Shown piece after piece: positions 52,268 to 64,000 of a DNA stretch of 64,000 bases. The stretch's first letter is position 1, and the number at the start of each line of letters is the position of its first letter. The notes beneath the pieces were generated by a model. It ran no database searches. It was given only the letters and a program-made list of their open reading frames with translations, and was not told where the DNA came from. The position numbers were made by a program, and so were the translations under genes. Location: contig JAQGDQ010000715.1 in NCBI GenBank assembly GCA_030141605.1, positions 44,416 to 108,415 on the forward strand, in the 5' to 3' direction. Origin of the DNA: Tubiluchus corallicola (lineage: Eukaryota; Animalia; Priapulida).

Positions 52268-54773
52268 TTTTACACGATTTAAATTGTTTTATTTCAAATT
52301 TCATTGTTATGTTTGTAACTGTATTTTGACGTGCGAAAATAAATTTCATGGTTTCATAGTCTGTACTTTCAACACTTGTATCAAGTTAGATTATGATTTG
52401 TCTTCATATTTTTTAAGCCTACTATTCCTTGCCTATAGCTACCTCATGTCAACAGTCTCGTTATTTACAGCTAGCTCAGTTCAGTAGAGATAGTGTAAGT
52501 AATTATTTCAGTTTGTACGTAGTGTTACGGGGGCGAAATGACATTTATTTTCGACCCCCCCCCCCTCTACATTGTGATGGTTTGATCCATTACGAAGCCA
52601 TTGCATATCAGCGTCGCATAGCAGGTATAACTAGCTGCTATGGAAGGGCCTCGTCGGTTCAGTAGCCTGACGGGCAGGAGCGTCTTCCATCTCAGCACCT
52701 GTTCCGTAATGACAACCGGCGTGGACCACGATGGGATAGACGTCTGGCGTGTTACTTAATTTAGTAATTTTACTCTTTCTACTGTTTTTTACGTTTTCTT
52801 CTCAACAGTTCGACAATCGGCGTATCAGCAACATCCGCTCTTCATTTCAATACTATAGATAGTACAGATACATGTATTTAGCCTGTTATGTCATTTGAAA
52901 TGTAGTATAAATAGTATTATAAGTAACAGTGTTAACATATCCGATGTTAGGTACATATGCCACGTTGATTTTAAATGCTTGCAATGTAATTACATTTTTA
53001 TAATTTTCTTTTTTACTTCATCTATTACTTATTTCACTCACTGCACAATTATATATTTTTAGCACTCGCACGTTTGTTTGTATTGTATTATACAATTTCC
53101 CTACAATTTTATAATGCTCGTGTTCCAGGAACGCTCCGACTACCTAGATGTCAGTAATTTTCCAATGGTTGTAAGAAAATATTTAACAAGGACCTAACAG
53201 CAAGACTTGGCGACTGCGAATCACATGTCACACGACAAAAGCTTCTAAGGACTAGATTAGTCGGTCATGTTGATTATTATGATGACGATAATGATGATGA
53301 TAATGGTTATGACGATCGTGACGATGACGACGACGATGATGTTGATGACGATCTCACAGATTTTTATTTGCATGAGCATTTATATCATAATTACGTGATA
53401 ATTACCTATCTGGAGACAAAAACCTGAAAACATGTGCTACTTTCATTTATAACAGTAAAAAAGATTAGCTTAGGAGCAATTATAACTAGCAAAAACAAAC
53501 ACATATTTTTGAATCAGATACTTCGTCGTCTGTCAGTTTACTAATAACTCAAAAACTGGAGGCAATTTGCACGTGCTTCAAAACGGAAAATTATCCAATC
53601 TGCGTCAACGTGAAAATAACATTTTCACTTGCTGGAAAAACTCACTGCCTGGTGCTGATGTTTGCATAGCTAATCTTCGAAAAGCAGTTCGAGGATCATA
53701 AGCAGTTTCATGGTCTGTTTTCTTTCCAAATGAACTTCTCGTCATCTTGTCGTCATAAGAAGATGCTCTCTTGTTTAACCTGCAGCTGCCAATCTAGATG
53801 ACCTCGAATTTACAGTTGGTTTAAAACTCACATTATGGCGCTAAACACGCCGCCCGCTAGTGTTGATTTTACCTGAAAACTGCGACAAATTAATTTAGGA
53901 GATTTCAGCTCCAGTATAACAGTTGTCTCCCGAAATTCCGGGATTTTCGTTAATTATTTTTGTAACTATCCATTGGAATGGAAGCCGAGTAGTCACAGAG
54001 TGAACTTTGCGCTAAGTTGAGCATCGTCGGGTCTGGTCAGTAAATGACTGGTTGACTACCTGGAAAACTCCCTCTACGCAGTTTCATGTGGCACTTGCAC
54101 CTGGCCATTTTACTCGCTGAGTGAGAATAGATTTGGTTAAGACATCTCTGACGACTCAGCGGGCAATCATCATTGGGAATTAGGTAGGTTCCTGTTCCGC
54201 AAACATTCGTTTTTCGAGTGCTGGGTCTTGGTTTGCAGATAGAAACTGTAGAAAAGATAATTGGGGAGTCTTTGATGTGGAGCACATACTTGCAAAAGAT
54301 TAAATTACTTCATGCAGTAGCACTTTTCTCTAGATATTGTCGCAGCTCCTCAAACGGAAAAATGTTAGGGATTTAGGATGTATTTGATAGCGTATAGTGC
54401 AGAAGGTAGATAGGTCGGGATTTCCTGGTAGGTCGGGATTTCGCACTTTCTAAAGGAAAGCTCTCCCGAATTTGGTAAGATGCTCATAAACAGTCTTAAA
54501 AAACTCCTTTCTTTATTTCGTAAACTGGTCAATCAAATACGTGTTGCCTTAAACATCGCCATTGCGTGATATAGCTTCTACATATGCTCAAACATAGAGC
54601 CTGTAAGTGAACGCTTATAACAGCCTGAGTCAGTGGTGCATGTGTTTAGTGGTTCTACTTGTGAACTTCTAAAAAGTTATTTTCACTTTGACGTAGATTG
54701 GACAACTTTTCGCTTCGAAGCATGTGCGAGTTGGTTCCAGGTTTTGAGTTATTAGTAGACAGAATTGGTTATT

Positions 54774-55666
54774 AGTAAAAATTGCACAGGAAATAATGAA
54801 ACAAACGAAAAAGTAGGTAAAAATGGCACAGGGAAAAATCGCACATTTAGTAAAATATGTGCTTAGGGTTAGAGTTGCAGTGGGGGGTACTTATTTTAGT
54901 TATTTTTACCTCTGCCAAAGAAGTTATGCTTCGAGACAGTTTGTTTGTTTGTTTGTTTGTTTGCCTGTTACTTTTTTGTCTGATATGGTAGTAAGCCTAT
55001 TATGCAAAAATCTGCTAAGATTTCCAAGAAACTTTGCGAAGAAAGGCGGGTATAGAGTGCTAAAACGGGAATCTTTTCGCCGGTTTTTTTTCGCAAAACT
55101 TGACCGAACACCAACACCGTTACAAAAAACGTCCGTGGAGCGCTCAGGAGTGTTTAGCACTTCTTTTTTATTATTTCCACCATGTCAAACAACTGCAAGT
55201 TAGTTTCAGGTTCTATTTCGAAAAATTCTCGCTTATAAAACTTTGTAACGCTGTTCATAACCGTTGCTTATTGATGTGTATAGCCCTGTAAAATGACTCG
55301 GTATGTATATATTTAAAAGTCTATTATCATCGCCAAAATTAATGGTGAAAAGGTAGATAAACACTATGTGGAACATTCATGCATTATTGATTATGAATCC
55401 ATATAATCAGCAGATATTTTATGAGTCTTTTGCTAGACTATTTAATACCAATACACGTACATTTTTGCATATTTGCTTGTTTATCTTTGTGTTAAATTTT
55501 TTTAATAAAAAGAAGCAGACGGGTTCGGCTTTAGCAGAGATGTGCTTCCTACTGAGTCCATTCTAGTTTTATTATAGAAATCAATTGCATGTAAATAACA
55601 TATGTGCCATGTTTTCCTGTGTCATTTTTACCTGTGCCATTTTTCCTGTACCATTTTTACCGCGCA
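54774..55666. mobile_element. Non-autonomous DNA element with inverted arrays of a 15-bp GGTAAAAATGGCACA unit
   Basis: Left array about 54774-54845 and reverse-complement right array about 55603-55662 (TGTGCCATTTTT(A/T)CC repeats); interrupted by a HINE insertion. Confidence 0.55.
54906..55568 (+). mobile_element. Helentron-associated interspersed element (HINE / DINE-1-like)
   Basis: 5' TTACCTCTGCCAAAGAAGTTATG followed by (GTTT)n; inverted subterminal copy CTTTAGCAGAG near 55529; 3' end ...CATTCTAGTTTT; T-rich insertion site. Confidence 0.7.
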
Positions 55667-57149
55667 CCAGAGACGGTAACAGACAACTGCATTATAAAAA
55701 TGCAACTACAACGTCACGTTTATAAGCTGAAAACAAATAAAACCAATCAATTCTTACTAAATGTATTTTCAGGTTGGTATTTCCAAGGTCACGACCTCCA
55801 TATCAAAGGCAAGACTTGAACTCTTGACAAGCTACCAACACATGTTTGATTGACTTGGAGTAACCTACCATCTTTTATTTTCTATTAACAAACGTGCCGA
55901 CCTAATCAATAGCTCATAGGTTAAAGTGGGATCTATTGTTAGTTCATAACCTTCTCAGCAGGTTTTGCATTGTTCCAAGTTTGCTTTAATAAAAAGTCAT
56001 CGACTTTTTGTTGATAAATGTGCCATTGTTTTCCCATGACACTGAAGGCGTCTGTATGAATGAAGAATAGTAGAATTACTAGAATAAAGGAGTATTTCAA
56101 ACACGGAATTGTTAAAGTTACAATAACGGCAATATAGAGGGCGCTGTGTCAAGGATTTAGATTTTTAAGGAATTAGGTCGTTGACGTTCGTTTCTTACAC
56201 TCGAACTGTAGTTAAGGCGTTCGAGTTCAGCAAATTCTGATGACATTAGAAGAGATAAAATTATTCTCACAATTGAATGCGATTGATAAATATGCATGTA
56301 TTTAAAACGAAAGGAAAACCGTTTTACGCAGGTCTAATTATGTTATATCACTAGGATGTGGAATGAATTATACAATTAAAATGCGCATCACATGCTTTGT
56401 TTCCCCAAAAATCAAGAAGTCTTGTGTAGATACATAAGTCTAAAGTCGCCTACATTCAAAATGTTTACAATTATTTTTCATAGGGCGTCTAGATTTGATT
56501 GTGTTTTATGCGTACGATAAATAAGTATGTATACCTCATTAGGCTTGGATATTAGTTAATAGAACGTTTACTTAGTCACGCTAATTGCAAGACAACATCA
56601 TCTGTCAGGTCCCTGGGCAAAGCCGCTGAAAACCACCGTTGTTTTCAACACACATTTTTCTGAAAATTTTCAAGCATAACACAGCTACTGAAATTACTGT
56701 TAGGTCTACTTAAAGTTTTCTAGCCTACTTAATAAGTTGCTTCGACATTTTTTTGAAAGGTTAGCTACGCTAATAGTCTTGAGTGGTTCCGGCTGCGCGT
56801 ACAGACCACATTAATTTAACTACAAGTATCGCACTTCCAAATCTAAAATTACATTTATATTTTTTTCGTAGGTCCACCCATAAGCCTATATACTGCGGCA
56901 AGATAACCTTGAATTTGTTAACAAACTGGACGCTAACGTTATCGGATGATCGCTTAAATAAATAGACCGACAATCATAGCGTGACATAATCAATGTGAAA
57001 AAAGCGGAAGCGGAAATAATCCTTGCGTCGAATCAAGAAACCAAAATTCGTTAAAAGAACTGACATTCTTGTATCACAGGCCCTGTGGTTTTTGTGTTTT
57101 TACCGAAAAACATCTTGAAAGCTGCCGCAGTAGCATGCATGATAGACTA

Positions 57150-57660
57150 TATTTATTTATTATGAGACTATATTTATTTATTATGTATTTATTTTATTTT
57201 ATTCACTCTCCGCCTATACACAAATTACATACAACACAGTACAAAAATTCATATTTAATATTGAAAATTTGGCATAAAAAGTAAAACTATACGATTCAAA
57301 AATTTTGTGTGTAGAGAAAGGGAAAAGTCCACTAGGCGCAGGGCACTCAGAGAGGACTAGAACATTTGTTTACAACGCATCACCGATCAGAATTATGTTA
57401 AAATACAAAGATCACGCAAGTTAAAACCATTTAATCTATGACTGAAAGTTTTATAAATGCTACTGTTTACTATTTCGACTGTTAATGAATTTCATATCCT
57501 TACAATACGATTTCAAAAGGAAAGTTTACCTACATCTAATCTAAGGAAAATGAACGCGAACTTGAAATAATACAAATTTTATGCTAATGTACATGACGGA
57601 ATTGTTGTGTCAAAACTGTTTCAAGATATGTAATCCATAAAAAGCTGGTGCTGCAGCGAC
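57150..57660 (-). mobile_element. CR1-like LINE 3' end
   Basis: Minus-strand translation RLDVGKLSF*NRIVRI*NSLTVEIVNSSIYKTFSHRLN (the CR1 'F.NRVV..WNSL' motif, decayed), followed by an (AATAA)n tail at about 57150-57202. Confidence 0.65.
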
Positions 57661-57924
57661 CATATATAAATATATGGATTTATATATGGAAATTTATGGA
57701 TTTGTATACATATATAAAGTACTGTCAATGTGCGAAATTTCGAAATTAATTTTTTATGAAATTCTTAGGCATTTTATTATATATATATATATATATATAT
57801 ACCTATGCATTTAGACAAGAGTGAAATAAGCCATTTGGAAGGAGTTTGCAATTCCTCACACAAATCTAAATTTATGTGCATCAATCCAGTTGAAAAGTTG
57901 GCAGCATGTGTGACAAAAGAGCTT

Positions 57925-58225
57925 GTCAGACAGGTTAACAGCTCACAAGTAAAAAAGGCAACTAAGAAAATGATATGTGGGAAAGAAGGAAAGGAAGAGA
58001 GAGCGAATTTAGACAAAAATGAGAGAAAGGTTGAGCTGATGGAGCTAGACAAGCCGACGATTTGCAAATACAAAAGGTAACTGAGAAAGAAGGAAAGGTT
58101 GAGAGAAAGACGAGAAATAAAATGATTTTAGATTAAAGATCAGAGAAAGATTCACAGAAAAAGAGCTTGGTAGACAGGTTGACAGTTTGCAAATACAGAA
58201 GGCAACTGAGATAAAGAGGGGGCGA
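57925..58225. repeat. Degenerate ~120-bp purine-rich tandem repeat (3 units)
   Basis: Motif AGACAGGTTGACAGTTTGCAAATACAGAAGGCAACTGAG recurs, degenerate, near 57927, 58046 and 58171. Confidence 0.55.
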
Positions 58226-58492
58226 ATGAGAGAAAAGGGAGAAGAAAGAGGGAGTTTTAAACAAAAAATGAGAAAAAGCGTGATAAAAACAGCACACATG
58301 TTTGAACTCCATGCTTCAAGCAAAAGTGCTGCAATTTCAGTCAGTTTAGGTAGTCCGACTAGCAAATCAGTCACTGCGGGGAAAGCAATGCAAATTGGGT
58401 TTTCACATAAAGTTTTATAAATTGAAACGCCCATTAATTAGTTGCCTGAAATTACAATTACATCTGATAACAACCCTAGATTAACCATTAAG

Positions 58493-59487
58493 CAAGGCTG
58501 GCAGTACGGAACGGTACGAAATTACGGTATTTTTTCCAGCCTATTCTGTACCATTTTACTCAGGTTCTTGTAATGTTTTTTGGTCAGCAAATCAGCATGA
58601 CGATTTGTTTTTCCTCTTGGGTGGGGACTTGAGGTACTCCCTAATTAACACATAACACCCAAACAAAGAATGATTCGCTTTGAATGCAAAAGCGGTAAGT
58701 TGTTTATAAGCGCTGGTTGTCATTTCCCGTCCCTTACATTTATTGTTATAAACTGGGTATATTGCTTACACCTATTCATGTCGCTGCTCTAACTGCTATT
58801 TCTGAAAATTGTAGAGGAATATACTGCCGTACACGATTACTCATTTTTCCTGTGCCATTTTGACCAGCATTCGTTCTTATCTCAAAAAATCTGCATAGCT
58901 TGAGTGCAACATGAATTAAAGATTTGCTTTGCCAACGAAAGAAATTCAAGACGTACCGACCTAACATGTTTACCTGCATAGATTGCGTGGTATAGTTACA
59001 AATGTTTTAGGCAAGACACTAAATTTGAATCATCATTAAAAATTTGTCACTAGTGAGCACATAACTTAAGACAACCATTAAAATCTAGTTTTAATGACCT
59101 TAACTCATCCTGTTTGCCACAAAATTACTTATTGAGAAAAAATAACTCAAAATAAATTTGTATCTTGTCTTTATATATTTTAATTTCATGCAACTTTTGT
59201 AACCTAAAATAATTAGCAGGAAATTCAAACAGTAGTTCTGTTTCTATAGTATGCATAAATTCAAAACATTAATTGATAAACTTATTGTTTTTGCTATTAA
59301 CTTTTATGCCACACTTTATCTTTTTATAGTAGATCCTACATGCACTTGGTACGGAATATCGGTATGATATTTTATCGTGCTAGTACTTTACGATTTGATT
59401 TTGTAGGTACGGTACGGAATTATGGTACAGTGTTTTTTAAAGGTACGCAGTACGGTATTTTTGCACTGTACCGTACTGCCAGCATTG
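58493..59487. mobile_element. Non-autonomous hAT transposon (995 bp)
   Basis: TIRs CAAGGCTGGCAGTACGG / CCGTACTGCCAGCATTG (16/17); subterminal GTACG repeats; 8-bp TSD CCATTAAG/CTATTAAG (7/8). A related decayed fragment lies at about 11880-11975. Confidence 0.88.
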
Positions 59488-60289
59488 CTATTAAGAAAAA
59501 TAAGCACCTGATTAAGACCTCAGAGGAAGAGGGGCTTAGAAACTGAGATGTACTAGAGACCACTGTTATAGTGCAGTAGAAGAGGTGGACCCCGGCCTAC
59601 ACCCTTAAGATTTCACGTGTAACTAACGAATATGCCGGTTTTGAGTTTGTTTCCCTTTAAAATACAGCTTGTGAATTACTTTAGTGAAGTCTACTCATTC
59701 AATAGTGAGTTAATGTAGGAAAAATATCGCACTGCATCGCGTTGCTTGTTTTCAGCGTGAAATTTTTTGTACTAAACTATTGTACTAGGTTTTACATTGA
59801 TTTTTTAAGCAAAACGTTATGCGTTGTTCACATTAAGAAAGAGAAGTTGTGAGCCTATAGTCTAATAATGTAATGTATCAGTTAGTTCTCGTGTTCCTAA
59901 TAAAACAGCGATTACGTAATTATACAATTTAGGACTAATTTTTACTGTCAGTATTATTGTCCTCTTAAATCTCTTTTTACAACATTAAACAAGCCCATAA
60001 GACGTTTGATTCAAGACTGTGTGGAACAGAAACAGAAAAAGAATACTCATTGCCAATACAGCAACGTCACAAAATATACCAACAGTGCTGCCACCACAGT
60101 CATCTGATCGCCTTTTCTACCTGGTGTCTGATTAAATGTTTTTAAACGCATGCACGCATTTTACACACATATGTGAATCATACACACTCACGCACGCATA
60201 AGTGGAGAACTATAAGGTTCAGCAAAATTACAAAAAGACAAAATTACAAATAGTTCAAACAAGAAAAAATTTATTAAAGACTATTTACA

Positions 60290-63207
60290 CTATTTACAAA
60301 CAACTAAATCCGGTACTTCAAATCCATCCTGAGGCAAGGCGAAATAAGTAAGGTCCAATAAATCTCATATGGTATCAGTGGTTTCCGCGATAGACAAGCA
60401 ATCTAGAAAAGAAATTGCAAAATTACTATACATCTTCAGAAGAAAATAGTACATACACGTACTTTAGAAATTTCGTGTATTAACCTAACATTTTTATTCA
60501 AACTCACGTCTGGCGCCTTCCCAATTTAATTATTTGATTAAACTGAAATTTATAGACCTTGACAGAAGAATTAAAACAAAATGGAAGTTGCCGACAAAAA
60601 GTCATACATCTGTGGGGCTACATGGATGAATAACAGCATTTAAAAAGTTGCCGTCCCATATAGCGGCAACTTTGTAGAAATTATGATTAATTATAGTTAT
60701 GTACATTGCCGAAAGTAAAACTTTTTTAATTTGACGTGAACCTGGGTTGACACTAGGCTTAATGGCTGGCAGTTTTTGAAAAACGAATAAAGTTTTGTAA
60801 AACGTTTCAATGTAGAGCAACTATTTAGCAGAAATAGGCGGTAAAATATTCACTTTTAACATTACAATAAAATTAGTACAGTTCTTGTGATTTTTTGAAG
60901 CCGATTTTGCTACATTTACTTCGAAACACATCTTCTAGTCTAAAAATGCCTGCTTCCCACTTGTGCCATCTATTGAGCGTTTTTCTCAACTTCCATTATG
61001 TAGTCCTCAGTAAAAACCTTGTATTGAAGAATTATTGATGGGTCACAATCAAAATTTTCACGTTGTAATGCGAAATGTTCCTGCCTAATCGATGTTGCAC
61101 TAAAGACTGGGATTATTCCCCACATTCCTTTACTATTGTCACAAAGAACAAAAGGTCAAAATGATGTTCAAACCTGAAAAATAGTCTTTATTTTCTCTAA
61201 ATTTTTTCTTCCTCAATCATTTCACCAGCTGCACAGAATATGTGTTGAGTGTTGTTTAAATACAACTGTAATGCTAATTGTAATACATTTACGTTAACTA
61301 TTCCACAGTTACAAGTGGGTTGGTTTTTTTCTAGAAAGCATTACGGTATTTTCTTACTTATGTATTTCTTTCTGCACCTGTTGAAGTCCGCGAGGGATGA
61401 AAACTTATGCAGAAAATAAAGATTATTTTTGAGACCTAAAGGACATTTTAACCTTTTGCACTTGAGTGCGTGTTAATCACGTTTAAGCTTAGACTTTTAC
61501 TTCAATTCTTGTGAAGATGAAGACCTCTAAAGATTGAATCGTCCAAAGCAAATAGGACAACGAACAAAAAATTTGTGAGTTAGGGGGGGCTATGCAGAAG
61601 TCTGCAAGCAAGAATGTTCATTTTCTAGCTACTCTTGTGTCGTCATCAGGCCTTATTTGGACGTCACCCAGTGCTTGTGGATGCCTGTATGTCTTATTCA
61701 ATATTTCTCAAAATTTTCCGGCTTAGCTGCATCGCAAGTCTAAACCTTCATGTAAATTAATTTGTTTTTGATATATATTCATATATAGACATTCAACACT
61801 GTTTGTTATATTGTATTAGTAAATAAAGTAAAAACAGTGGGAAGGCAGAGTTTTAACTGCCGGCAGCCTCGCAAAACTCCTGTTGTAGAGCTTAGGTATC
61901 CACGATACGTAAATCTGTCTTGCTTTTGTTAATTCTGTTACAGTGGAATGTTGCTTCCTCCATAATATAACCCTGCCTCGTCATGATAACATTGCACATC
62001 ATTGACGACGATGAGTACGAAGGAGGTTAATGAATTCTTTTGTCTCCTATTTAGCTCAGCACAGTTATAAGTGGCATTTTTAGCCTATTGTAGTAGGCAC
62101 TAGTCTGTGGAATTAAAACTTTAAACGCTTGTGGCGTCATTGCTAGCCTAATATCGTTGACATTGTCACCGCTAGGCACTAGTCTGTGGAGTTAAAACTT
62201 TAAACGCTTGTGTCGTCATTGCTAGCCTAATATTGTTGACATTGGTAATACCGCTAGGTATAAAATACTTTTTTTAATCTTTGCAAAAAAACAAAACGAA
62301 AAGTTAGACAAAAGCTATCACCTGTCTTTTGTTTCTAGACCATTTAGCAAACCAATGGTCATGTTTCACGTAGCAGTAGCATTTGCTGTAAAAATTAAAC
62401 AGTTTTTTAGTTAAACACTAACCAGTGTTGAATTCTCTTTTAAACGATATTTGGACAAATAACCAATGTTTTACATTTGTATATAACATCGCCTTTTTCA
62501 CAATGAGTGCTGTACCTGGCAGAAACATACCTCAAAGGATTTTACTACAATTCGATAACGTGAATCGTACTACCTGAAGTTATAACAGGTCAGACATTTT
62601 TAATTTGGTCGACCGAGCTTTAGCTCGATTAAGCATGTCTGGCTCTGCTGGTAGGTTATACCTTTCGGATACATATGCATACTTGCTAGAAAAATTACAC
62701 ATCATGGAACGATAAACTACACATTCAAAAACTGATAGTACAACCAGTGTTTCCACTGCTGTGAGCAATAGTCTTATGCAATAAATGGAATTTACAATTA
62801 AAAACACAAATGAGGCTTAATTAATTACATAAGTACATAAAACTTCACATTTCATTTTACAGAGTTTGGAAAATTTAACACATTTACTAATAGGAAAATA
62901 GGTGGCAGCCATTCGGTAAAAAACATGTACGTAGTGTCCTTACAATGCTTGGCCTTTCTTGTTTGGTGTAGGTGGCTTTTGATAACAATCGACTATTGAA
63001 GGTGTTGTGCGTATACAGTAATTTCTTTTTAGTGGGTTATATGTCAATTTTATGCTGAAATAAAAAATGAATTAAAATCGAATTGAACTGTACTTTAAAA
63101 CGTGCGAATTTTCGGTACAATGATTATGTAATACATACTTCCAGAATCCGCCTTTAGGTTTGTGTAGCCTACGTAGCTTTCGCCTTGCCGTGTTTGGCAC
63201 ACCATCC
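60290..63207 (-). pseudogene. Possible decayed multi-exon gene with kringle-like segments
   Basis: AG/GT-bounded block 63207-63139 reads MVCQTRQGESYVGYTNLKADSG. 61991-61956 reads CYHDEAGLYYGG and then frameshifts to STVTE...YVSW. A last-exon-like block 60402-60290 has an internal TGA and is followed by AATAAA at 60275-60270. No intact spliced ORF could be assembled. Confidence 0.22.
62094..62258. repeat. 79-bp tandem duplication (2 copies)
   Basis: TAGGCACTAGTCTGTGGA...ACCGC starts at 62094 and again at 62173, nearly identical. Confidence 0.92.
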
Positions 63208-64000
63208 CTAAAAACGACAAAAGCACTACAGTAAACACATTGTTGATAGCTTATAGTTGCACCTTTGAAGTTTCTAACCTCTCGCGTTTGAGGTGCGGTC
63301 CTTGATTCGGTTACAGCAAATGCGGTCCTTGATCCCGCTACAACATCTTTGTTTTGTTCGCTTGTTTCGTTGTGACAGTAACATTTGTTTTCCAATTCAT
63401 TTCTCGTATTCTGCGTGCACGCGCTTTGACAGCTTTCAAAGAAAAGTAAATGTAAACTTTCTATAAAGTTGAATTTTCAACTGTTCTAAATGTTTAAAAT
63501 AAATAATTTAGTTTTGCACTTTTTGCTATTTTAGTTATGCAATAGCCTAACGCACGCCTAAAATATTTTTAACTAAAAATGCTGTTTTTACCAGCCTTCT
63601 AATCAATCAATCAAAAAGTTATCCAATCAATCAATGAATCACTGGATCGATCAATCAATTAATCAATCACATCTGGCTGATAAAGCAGACATGATTACCC
63701 GCGTTCTTAAAATTAGGTAATGTTCTTGGTATTGTTGTCATCATTTTCTGATGTTACCATTGTCGCCGTCGTCGTCACTGCCATTTTAATTGACATGCCA
63801 TTGCCGCTGTTATTATCATTGCTATTGTAATCGATGATGTCATTGTCGTCACTGTTGCTATAGTTGTCATTGTCTTTTTCGATAAAATCGTCATCATTTT
63901 ATGATTTTAAATTTCAAAAGTAGGATACTCAGATTTCCTTGGTTTTCGTTGATCCGACATCTGATCCGTAGCCATATATATACATATATATATACATATA

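Noticed and set aside
59505-59560. Hammerhead-like CTGATTA...GAAAC
   Set aside because: The core is mutated and there is no stem I complementarity.

Overview
AT-rich, intron-containing metazoan (invertebrate) genomic DNA with canonical GT-AG splicing; it is not prokaryotic. Hand splicing gives five protein-coding loci. (1, 2) Two tandem paralogous genes for secreted 8-Cys Kazal-type protease inhibitors (+; 6386-10305 and 14793-20372). The first was built by tandem exon duplication and is now truncated after domain 2 by a 1-nt insertion, with further decay downstream. (3) A 6-exon secreted Gly-rich + single VWA-domain protein (+; 23887-27704). (4) A convergent, intronless Mpr1/aca1-type GNAT acetyltransferase (-; 28343-28951), bracketed by a 55-bp direct repeat; a candidate for horizontal transfer or retroposition. 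(5) A 5-exon Papillote-like type I membrane protein (-; 34127-49257) with a lone ZP-N domain and a ~600-aa cytoplasmic tail ending in a PxxDY motif. The rest is hAT MITEs with 8-bp TSDs, Helentron/HINE-like elements, LINE remnants, Penelope-like hammerhead relics, SINE heads and micro/minisatellites. There are also three unexplained GC-rich, highly self-complementary islands and a possible decayed kringle-like gene near the right end. All calls come from reading the sequence by eye; no database searches or folding programs were run.
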